The notes under the pieces are model-generated. The model worked only from the letters and a program-made list of their open reading frames with translations, made no database searches and had not been told where the DNA came from. 43,697 nucleotides of DNA from a virus. Positions 30,596-36,165 of this stretch are shown piece after piece. The position numbers were made by a program, and so were the translations under genes. The stretch's first letter is position 1, and every line of letters starts with the position of its first letter. The stretch lies in IMG/VR virus record IMGVR_UViG_3300012961_000002, positions 1-43,697 of that record; one strand, given 5' to 3'.

Positions 30596-30616
30596 CTTAA
30601 CCTGAGAGGAAGACCC

Positions 30617-31321
30617 GTGCGAGCCCTTCGACTCTTCCTAGCGCTGGTGCTTGGCCTCACGATGGTCATTCCCGGGGCTGAGATGGCCTCTGCGGGCACG
30701 GGAGGGTGGTGCCAGGGTCTCTACACCGGAGCACCGGTCCTGGACCTTCTGGGCGACTCTCAGACGGCAAGTGGCTCGGTCTCTGCCGAAGATCAGCGCT
30801 GGCCCTCAGTGCTGGGAGCTTCACTTCAGTCGGATGGCGCCCCGGGAACTCAGGTCTGGGTCGGTGGCGCCATCGCAGGATCGGCTACCGCCGACTACCT
30901 GCCCGGAGCGAAGTACTCGGATCATATCGAGTTCACGTCTCATCAGCCCAACCTGATCACCCTGGGATGGGGAACCAATGACTGGGCAGGCGGAGTCCCC
31001 GTCGAGACGTTCAGGGCGCAATACCAGACGATCATCGATCGAATCCGGGCTCTTAGCTCTGGCTCCACGGTCGTCATCATTCACATGCCTTGGGTGTACA
31101 ACGAGGAACTCACGAGTACCCGTGCTCCCCAGGCCGACTACCTGAACGTTGAAAAGGATCTCGCCCGTGATAACGGGCTCAAGTTCTTCGGATCGGAATT
31201 CTACTTCCCGGGAAATGATCCGTACAGTTTCAAGTCTCCCCCGGACCAGGTGCACATGACAGCGCTTGGACAGTGGGTGTTCTACTCAGCTTTCCGGAGC
31301 TTCTTGCTCGGGATGTGCTGA
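30617..31321 (+). CDS. secreted SGNH/GDSL-family hydrolase (esterase)
   Basis: GTG 30617 lies 4 nt after GAGAGGAAG. Signal-peptide-like RALRLFLALVLGLTMVIPGAEMASA. SGNH blocks LLGDSQT (I), GWGTNDW (III) and DQVH (V). The upstream part of ORF 30551.. lies inside tRNA-Glu and was discarded. Confidence 0.7.
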   Translation: MRALRLFLALVLGLTMVIPGAEMASAGTGGWCQGLYTGAPVLDLLGDSQTASGSVSAEDQRWPSVLGASLQSDGAPGTQVWVGGAIAGSATADYLPGAKYSDHIEFTSHQPNLITLGWGTNDWAGGVPVETFRAQYQTIIDRIRALSSGSTVVIIHMPWVYNEELTSTRAPQADYLNVEKDLARDNGLKFFGSEFYFPGNDPYSFKSPPDQVHMTALGQWVFYSAFRSFLLGMC

Positions 31322-31325
31322 TCGT

Positions 31326-31394
31326 TAGGGAACGCATGATGCGAGCCTGGTCTCCAAAACCGGGTGCCAGTGAGTTTGACTCTCACTTCCCTTG
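31326..31394 (+). tRNA. tRNA-Trp (CCA), atypical 69-nt form
   Basis: Acceptor tagggaa/ttccctt (U:U at 1:72). 14-nt D region (cgca-tga-tgcg hairpin). Anticodon stem ctggt/accgg with loop ctCCAaa, T arm gtgag-tttgact-ctcac. Confidence 0.5.
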
Positions 31395-31398
31395 CCAA

Positions 31399-31470
31399 TG
31401 GCGCTTAGTTCAGTGGAAGAACAACCGGCCTACACCCGGTATGTCGAGGGTTCGAATCCTTCAGTGCCAA
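31399..31470 (+). tRNA. tRNA-Val (TAC) with C33
   Basis: Acceptor tggcgct/agtgcca, D stem gttc/gaac, anticodon stem accgg/ccggt with loop ccTACac (position 33 is C at 31430), T arm gaggg-ttcgaat-ccttc. Confidence 0.7.
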
Positions 31471-31518
31471 CTTGGTCCCGTTGCAATGCGCCCCTAAGGG
31501 CGGTAACCAGGGACCTTT

Positions 31519-31592
31519 ACCCGATTAGCTCAGAGGAAAGAGCCCTTGGCTACGAACCAAGGCGGTCGCAGGTTCGAATCCTGTATCGGGTT
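31519..31592 (+). tRNA. tRNA-Arg (ACG)
   Basis: Acceptor acccgat/atcgggt, D stem gctc/gagc, anticodon stem cttgg/ccaag with loop ctACGaa, T arm gcagg-ttcgaat-cctgt. Confidence 0.8.
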
Positions 31593-31596
31593 CCAT

Positions 31597-31669
31597 ACCT
31601 TCGTAGTTCAGCGGACAGAACACCGGTTTCCTAAACCGGGTGCCGTAGGTTCGAATCCTACCGAGGGTG
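31597..31669 (+). tRNA. tRNA-Arg (CCT)
   Basis: Acceptor accttcg/cgagggt, D stem gttc/gaac, anticodon stem ccggt/accgg with loop ttCCTaa, T arm gtagg-ttcgaat-cctac. Confidence 0.8.
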
Positions 31670-31726
31670 CGTAGAGAACATAGTTGCCGGTAAAATCCAG
31701 AGCATGAACCGGACGTAGAAGTACAT

Positions 31727-31799
31727 GGGTCTATAGTTTCAACGGTAAAACCCCGGACTCTTAATCCGTGAGATCTAGGTTCGAATCCTAGTAGGCCTA
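31727..31799 (+). tRNA. tRNA-Lys (CTT)
   Basis: Acceptor gggtcta/taggcct, D stem gttt/aaac, anticodon stem ccgga/tccgt with loop ctCTTaa, T arm ctagg-ttcgaat-cctag. Confidence 0.75.
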
Positions 31800-31800
31800 C

Positions 31801-31873
31801 TGCGGGGTAGTGTAATCGGTAACATGACAGTCTCATAAGCTGTGCGATGCGGGTTCGAGTCCCGTCCCCGACA
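31801..31873 (+). tRNA. tRNA-Met (CAT) (or Ile2 if lysidine-modified)
   Basis: Acceptor tgcgggg/ccccgac (1:72 and 2:71 unpaired), D stem gtgt/acat, anticodon stem acagt/gctgt with loop ctCATaa, T arm gcggg-ttcgagt-cccgt. Confidence 0.6.
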
Positions 31874-31915
31874 CCTTTCCCCTGCACCGAGGGAGACGAA
31901 ACTATCGGGCACTAT

Positions 31916-31987
31916 ATGGTACGAGGAAGATGGTAATCCGCTCCGTTCGGGCCGGAGAGATACTGGGTTCGACTCCCAGGTGCCAGA
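31916..31987 (+). tRNA. tRNA-Pro (CGG)
   Basis: Acceptor atggtac/gtgccag (A:G at 1:72), D stem gga/tcc, anticodon stem ctccg/cggag with loop ttCGGgc, T arm ctggg-ttcgact-cccag. Confidence 0.6.
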
Positions 31988-32018
31988 CTAGGTCCCCCGT
32001 GATAAGCGGGGGCCGCAA

Positions 32019-32089
32019 TACCGGTTCGTCTAATGGCAAGATACCAGGCTCTGAACCTGGGGACTGAGGTTCGACCCCTTGACCGGTAG
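32019..32089 (+). tRNA. tRNA-Gln (CTG)
   Basis: Acceptor taccggt/accggta, D stem gtct/agat, anticodon stem ccagg/cctgg with loop ctCTGaa, T arm tgagg-ttcgacc-ccttg. Confidence 0.75.
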
Positions 32090-32091
32090 CT

Positions 32092-32162
32092 CTGTGATTA
32101 GTTCAATGGAAGAATATCCGCCTGTGACGCGGAAGACGTGGGATCGATACCCACATTACAGT
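32092..32162 (+). tRNA. tRNA-His (GTG), no encoded G-1
   Basis: Acceptor ctgtgat/attacag, D stem gttc/gaat, anticodon stem tccgc/gcgga with loop ctGTGac, T arm gtggg-atcgata-cccac (A at position 54). The nt at -1 is T. Confidence 0.65.
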
Positions 32163-32166
32163 CCAT

Positions 32167-32239
32167 GCTGTTCGCGTGTCCGGTTGACCGAAGTTCTCTG
32201 ATAAGGAACTTGTGCTAGGTTCAACTCCTAGGAGCAGTA
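32167..32239 (+). tRNA. tRNA-Ile (GAT)
   Basis: Acceptor gctgttc/gagcagt (two G:U), anticodon stem gttct/ggaac with loop ctGATaa, T arm ctagg-ttcaact-cctag. Confidence 0.65.
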
Positions 32240-32325
32240 CTGTCCCGAGTGATCCTCGGGCGAGTGGGCGCGAAATAGTCCCCCAGTTGGCTAGATCTGG
32301 GTTATCAAATGATTCTAGCTTCAAT

Positions 32326-32397
32326 GGTCCGTTAGCTCAACGGTAGAGCACCATTCTGTCAAGATGGACGGCGCGGGTTCGAATCCCGTACGGATCG
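32326..32397 (+). tRNA. tRNA-Asp (GTC)
   Basis: Acceptor ggtccgt/acggatc, D stem gctc/gagc, anticodon stem ccatt/gatgg with loop ctGTCaa, T arm gcggg-ttcgaat-cccgt. Confidence 0.8.
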
Positions 32398-32436
32398 CAA
32401 GCCTGGCCTAGGGGTAACTCCCTGGTTGGGCGCTTT

Positions 32437-32508
32437 GGGGTTGTAGCTCAAATGGTAGAGCACCGGCGTTGCATACCGGGTGAACGGGTTCGATTCCCGT
32501 CTTCTCCA
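32437..32508 (+). tRNA. tRNA-Ala (TGC)
   Basis: Acceptor ggggttg/cttctcc (G3:U70 present; tandem U:U at 5:68 and 6:67), D stem gctc/gagc, anticodon stem ccggc/accgg (C:A at 31:39) with loop gtTGCat, T arm acggg-ttcgatt-cccgt. Confidence 0.6.
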
Positions 32509-32546
32509 CAGGGGCTCACTGCTGCGCGCAAGCATAGTCCCACAAT

Positions 32547-32620
32547 GGGGTATTGATGTTTAACGGATAGCATGTCAGTCTTCCAAACTGAATGTGTGGG
32601 TTCGAATCCCGCATACCTCA
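32547..32620 (+). tRNA. tRNA-Gly (TCC)
   Basis: Acceptor ggggtat/atacctc, D stem atgt/gcat, anticodon stem tcagt/actga with loop ctTCCaa, T arm gtggg-ttcgaat-cccgc. Confidence 0.75.
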
Positions 32621-32629
32621 CTTCTAGTT

Positions 32630-32661
32630 CCCGCCCGTGCTCCGGTACTGGGCGGGCTTTT
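32630..32661 (+). terminator. intrinsic terminator closing the tRNA array
   Basis: cccgccc (32630-32636) pairs with gggcggg (32650-32656), followed by ctttta. Confidence 0.65.
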
Positions 32662-32676
32662 ACTTATGGAGGCCGC

Positions 32677-32808
32677 ATGTGCTGGTACGATGACCTCTGC
32701 TCATGCACTGATGGTGCGGACGAACTGATTCGCACTTCGGATGTCGAGGACTTCGAACTAGGCACAGCGTGTGATCTGAATGACACAGATTGTGAATCTT
32801 GTCAGTAG
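32677..32808 (+). CDS. very acidic Cys-rich miniprotein (43 aa)
   Basis: ATG lies 4 nt after GGAGG. Sequence MCWYDDLCSCTDGADELIRTSDVEDFELGTACDLNDTDCESCQ. GC3 is only about 50 percent, so coding status is uncertain. Confidence 0.4.
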   Translation: MCWYDDLCSCTDGADELIRTSDVEDFELGTACDLNDTDCESCQ

Positions 32809-32810
32809 GC

Positions 32811-32839
32811 TTGACACAGGGGCCTGGGGGTGGTACCCT
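32811..32839 (+). promoter_or_regulatory. rightward promoter candidate TTGACA-N17-TACCCT
   Basis: The -35 element is at 32811-32816 and the -10 at 32834-32839. TTGACA is followed by CAGGGG, the same element seen in the leftward promoters. Confidence 0.4.
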
Positions 32840-32941
32840 CCCCGGGTCTGTTCGCGCAGCCCGTGGTGTTCTCCCGACACGCTCGCTCCCAGAGCTTTAT
32901 GCCTGTGTGTCATCCCCGACTACGCTCTGTGAGAGGCAGCC

Positions 32942-33121
32942 ATGAACGAGGCTGAGGCCCTGGCCAAGCGGTTCCATGAGGCGTACGAACGCCTTGCCCC
33001 TGACTTCGGATACAAGACCCGCGAGGCTTCGGCCGTGCCGTGGTCCGAGGTACCGGAGCAGAACAAGCGGCTCATGATCGCCGTTGCTCGGGAGATTCTG
33101 AACGAGGGGCTTGCGGCTTGA
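32942..33121 (+). CDS. hypothetical protein (59 aa; below the ORF-track cutoff)
   Basis: ATG lies 6 nt after GAGAGG. Sequence MNEAEALAKRFHEAYERLAPDFGYKTREASAVPWSEVPEQNKRLMIAVAREILNEGLAA, with high GC3. Confidence 0.55.
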   Translation: MNEAEALAKRFHEAYERLAPDFGYKTREASAVPWSEVPEQNKRLMIAVAREILNEGLAA

Positions 33122-33134
33122 GCCGCACTATGTT

Positions 33135-33329
33135 ATGGTATTCGCCATGACGAACCTGTACCGCTTCCTCCTCATCTTCGCTTCCCTGATCGCCGGTGTC
33201 TTGAACGGGTCTCCGCTCGCGGCTCCGGTCCTGATCTTCATGGTCTACCTTCTGGCCGTGCTGGTCCGTCAGGCCCAGTTCGCTCAGGAGATCTACACCG
33301 CGCGCCGAATCAAGGAGCTGGCCCGATGA
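33135..33329 (+). CDS. small membrane protein (start 33135 or 33147)
   Basis: Two hydrophobic helices (FLLIFASLIAGVL, VLIFMVYLLAVLV). Confidence 0.5.
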   Translation: MVFAMTNLYRFLLIFASLIAGVLNGSPLAAPVLIFMVYLLAVLVRQAQFAQEIYTARRIKELAR

Positions 33330-33484
33330 GCATGGCGCATCGTCAGAAGACTTGCGCCGCGTGCGGGGCGCCCATCCTTGAATCGGACCGCGTATCCGTC
33401 GAGCCGCTGATCGATGGCCAGGTCCGGTACGTGGTTGTACACTGGAACCACCACACGTTCTCATGTCGAAAGGTGGCTCGGTGA
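33326..33484 (+). CDS. small protein with CxxC (52 aa; below the ORF-track cutoff)
   Basis: ATGA overlap at the start and AAGGAG 8 nt upstream. Sequence MSMAHRQKTCAACGAPILESDRVSVEPLIDGQVRYVVVHWNHHTFSCRKVAR. Confidence 0.5.
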   Translation: MSMAHRQKTCAACGAPILESDRVSVEPLIDGQVRYVVVHWNHHTFSCRKVAR

Positions 33485-33648
33485 TGTCGTTCCGATGGCA
33501 CGTCAATCTCCCGGGCCCTGTGGCTTACTCCAAGCCGATCAAGCGCCGAGGCAAGAGGCCCGGGCTGCTGACCTCGGTTCTGGTTTGGTTCATCGTCAAG
33601 CCGTTCGAGTTTATGTTTCGAGGCTTGGCCAAGTTGGCGCGCTCTTGA
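33484..33648 (+). CDS. small basic/hydrophobic protein (54 aa)
   Basis: ATG 33484 overlaps the upstream TGA. Contains LLTSVLVWFIVKPF. Confidence 0.45.
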   Translation: MSFRWHVNLPGPVAYSKPIKRRGKRPGLLTSVLVWFIVKPFEFMFRGLAKLARS

Positions 33649-33673
33649 CGAGCGGCTACGCGAGGAGGGCCCG

Positions 33674-33952
33674 ATGACCGACACCCCCGAGATGGAAGAC
33701 CGGTTCATGGGAGAGATCCTGACCGACTTCTACAAGCGTGTGACCGAGTTCGATGCCGTGGAGGAATTCGCCCTCGTTGTGATGGGCGATCAGGACGGCA
33801 CGTTCCGAGCTTCGGTAGTGGCCGGTGACACAATCCTGGCCAAGGGGTCCGGGTCCTCGTGGTTCGAAGCTGTGAGCCGCGCTACCGCGCGCGGCCTTGT
33901 CGCTATCGAGAAGCTCAAGGAACGCATCGAAGCGGCCCAGGAGTTTGAGTGA
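33674..33952 (+). CDS. hypothetical acidic protein (92 aa)
   Basis: ORF track entry. The ATG follows GAGGAGGG. Confidence 0.6.
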   Translation: MTDTPEMEDRFMGEILTDFYKRVTEFDAVEEFALVVMGDQDGTFRASVVAGDTILAKGSGSSWFEAVSRATARGLVAIEKLKERIEAAQEFE

Positions 33953-33961
33953 GGTGAGATC

Positions 33962-34195
33962 ATGGCCGTTGGAACCGGGGGGTCAACCCTACCGTTCGGG
34001 CCAGGGTCCGCGCTCTGGAAGTACTGGACCGCAGGTGCAGGCCTGGCCAAGTGGTCAGGGTCCGTGCACAAGTGGACCACGCTTCACAGGTTGCTGATCG
34101 AGGCCGGGGTTCCGGCACATATGGCCGACGGTCTCACCACGAACATCATTCAGGCTGTCATACCTGGATACCTTAAGACCAATCACAAGAAGTAA
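33962..34195 (+). CDS. hypothetical protein (77 aa)
   Basis: ORF track entry. The ATG follows GAGGTGAG. Confidence 0.55.
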   Translation: MAVGTGGSTLPFGPGSALWKYWTAGAGLAKWSGSVHKWTTLHRLLIEAGVPAHMADGLTTNIIQAVIPGYLKTNHKK

Positions 34196-34215
34196 GCCCC
34201 GGCCGTAGCCGGGGC
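34196..34215. terminator. bidirectional hairpin between convergent genes
   Basis: gccccggc-cgta-gccggggc, directly after the stop of 33962..34195 and 6 nt from the stop of 34222..34437. Confidence 0.6.
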
Positions 34216-34221
34216 CCTGAG

Positions 34222-34437
34222 TCAGAACTGCATGTAGCCGATGGTCTCACCGGTCTGCGGGTGCTTGACCGTGATGTTCAGGGAGTCGGGGATTCCGATC
34301 TCCCGGAAGAACGCCTTCCGGGCCTTGATCGCTGCCAGCTCTTCGGTGCTGGGCTTCCAGCCCTGGGCGTAGATCATAGAGGTGGCGAAGAGAGTCGGGA
34401 GTTCCGGAAGGGCCTTGACTGCCTCTTTGATGTTCAT
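34222..34437 (-). CDS. hypothetical protein (71 aa), the only reverse-oriented gene in the rightward arm
   Basis: ORF track entry. The ATG follows a weak GG-rich region. Flanked by a terminator and the glycosyltransferase start. Confidence 0.5.
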   Translation of the reverse strand: MNIKEAVKALPELPTLFATSMIYAQGWKPSTEELAAIKARKAFFREIGIPDSLNITVKHPQTGETIGYMQF

Positions 34438-34472
34438 AGGAGTAGCTTAGCACCCCGAGTTGAGGAGCGCAA

Positions 34473-35126
34473 GTGGATGTCTCCGTTTTGATCCCATGGC
34501 GCGGCGGAGACCCTCAGCGCGAACGCGTGTTCGAGTACGTCTTGATGATGTGGGAGAAGACCGGCGCCGATATCTGCGTCGGCGAAGACGACCCTGGTGG
34601 CCCGTTCAACTGCTCTCGTGCCCAGAACCGAGCCTTTCGGCTCGCCAAGCATGATCGACTGATGATGATCGGTGCCGACACGGTCCCCGATTTCGAACTC
34701 GTCCAAGTTGTATACAATCGACTGGATACCGTCGACTGGTTCCCGCTGTTCCACGAGACTGCGTACTACTCTCAGGAGTCAACGGCCCGGATCCTCTCCG
34801 GAGCGCCCCGAGCCGCTGAGCCCTTTGAGTACGTCCTGCCGTTCTGCACAGGGCCCGTTGCCTTGACCCGTGACGCGTACGTCGCCACGGGGGGCATGGA
34901 TGAGCGGTTCTCCGGTTGGGGCTACGAAGATGCTGCGTTCCGACAGACGCTAGCTGGCCTGTTCGGTGCCCCGCCTGCCGAGCCAAAGACCGCGCGCTGC
35001 CTCTGGCATGAGGTGGGTCATCGTATTGCCGTGTCACCCAACGAAGTGCTCATGAGGGACTATACGCCGCTGACGGAGCCCGTGTCAACCCGTGCCTATC
35101 TGGATCAGAGGGGGTCGTTCCTGTGA
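34473..35126 (+). CDS. glycosyltransferase (GT2 / galactosyltransferase-like)
   Basis: Starts VSVLIPWRG. C-terminal motif GGMDERFSGWGYEDAAF is typical of GT-A enzymes with a Glyco_transf_7C-like end. Confidence 0.65.
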   Translation: MDVSVLIPWRGGDPQRERVFEYVLMMWEKTGADICVGEDDPGGPFNCSRAQNRAFRLAKHDRLMMIGADTVPDFELVQVVYNRLDTVDWFPLFHETAYYSQESTARILSGAPRAAEPFEYVLPFCTGPVALTRDAYVATGGMDERFSGWGYEDAAFRQTLAGLFGAPPAEPKTARCLWHEVGHRIAVSPNEVLMRDYTPLTEPVSTRAYLDQRGSFL

Positions 35127-35377
35127 GCAAGCCGCGTGTTGCCAAGGTCCCCCAGCTCATGGGCCCACCCAAGTGGTGCGTCATCACGGACGCGTACGGG
35201 TTCAGCTTCCCGGCGCTTCGCATGGAGAAGTTCGATACGTGGCGCGAGGCTCTTGCCCATGTTGCGCAGAAGGCTCGAACCGGTGGCTGTACCGTGCTAG
35301 AGCGGATCGGGACCCCGGAACATGGTCCGGATTACTTCGGTTCTCCGGCGCGATACTGGCCGGGGGTCTACCGATGA
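35123..35377 (+). CDS. hypothetical protein (84 aa)
   Basis: ORF track entry, coupled to its neighbours. Confidence 0.5.
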   Translation: MSKPRVAKVPQLMGPPKWCVITDAYGFSFPALRMEKFDTWREALAHVAQKARTGGCTVLERIGTPEHGPDYFGSPARYWPGVYR

Positions 35378-35676
35378 GCTACAGCCGGAATAGGCCCGCC
35401 AACTCTACGTTCTCCGCCACGGTCTGGGCCCATGCTCTACGCCGATTCGGGCGCCGGTGCTACCTCTGTGGCGCCGTGGGCGTGGACCTCGAAAAGGACC
35501 ACATCCGACCTGTGACCGAGGGCGGATCGAACGAGGCTGACAATTGCGCCCCGATCTGCAAGCCGTGTCACAAGACCAAGTCTACCCGGGAGCGCGTCCG
35601 TGCGTACCGGAAGCGTCAGGCCAAGGGCAAGCGCCCCGCCGAGAAGCACCCAAGCGAGGGCCTGAAGCCCTCCTGA
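35374..35676 (+). CDS. HNH endonuclease
   Basis: ATG 35374 overlaps the upstream stop as ATGA. Motif CYLCG...DHIRPVTEGGSNEADNCAPICKPCH. Adjacent to the terminase genes. Confidence 0.8.
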   Translation: MSYSRNRPANSTFSATVWAHALRRFGRRCYLCGAVGVDLEKDHIRPVTEGGSNEADNCAPICKPCHKTKSTRERVRAYRKRQAKGKRPAEKHPSEGLKPS

Positions 35677-35691
35677 TAAGGAGGAGCCCCG

Positions 35692-36165
35692 ATGGCTGCC
35701 CCGAAGACTGGACCCGGCGCCAAGAAGCGCCCAGAGGACCGCCTAGGACACCGTACCCGCGCTGAGCAGGCGAAGATGGACGAGATCGTAGTCTCCGATG
35801 AGGAGATCGAGGCTCTGAAGTCCACGCTAACGAGCGATTTGGCTCCGGCCGAGTACTGGCACCCCGTAGCCCTCAAGGGCTGGCAGGGCTTCAATGAGAG
35901 TCCTCTACGTCGATTCTACGAGCAGACAGACTATGTCCAGGCCTGGGTTACGTGCGAACTGATCCACAGGTGCATCGGGGATCGTATGTCCGCGGGTCGC
36001 GCCATGCAGCTCCGGATGTACCTCAACGATCTTGGGTTCACCGAGGGCGCACGCCGCACCATGGACATCGCCATTAAGCGCGAGACTGAGAAGGCGGATC
36101 CGGCCAAGGTCGTAGCCAAGGAGCGCCTGGAAGCGCGACGCGCTAGCCGCACCCGGGGTGCTTGA
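35692..36165 (+). CDS. terminase small subunit (putative)
   Basis: 157-aa ORF immediately upstream of, and overlapping, the large subunit. Call rests on position only. Confidence 0.55.
   Translation: MAAPKTGPGAKKRPEDRLGHRTRAEQAKMDEIVVSDEEIEALKSTLTSDLAPAEYWHPVALKGWQGFNESPLRRFYEQTDYVQAWVTCELIHRCIGDRMSAGRAMQLRMYLNDLGFTEGARRTMDIAIKRETEKADPAKVVAKERLEARRASRTRGA

Noticed and set aside
30551-30616. The 5' part of ORF 30551..31321 (MPLKHMSSVRIRDGSLNLRGRP...).
   Set aside because: It lies inside and directly after tRNA-Glu (30525-30595) and has no SD. The in-frame GTG 30617 behind GAGAGGAAG starts at the signal peptide, so the CDS was shortened.
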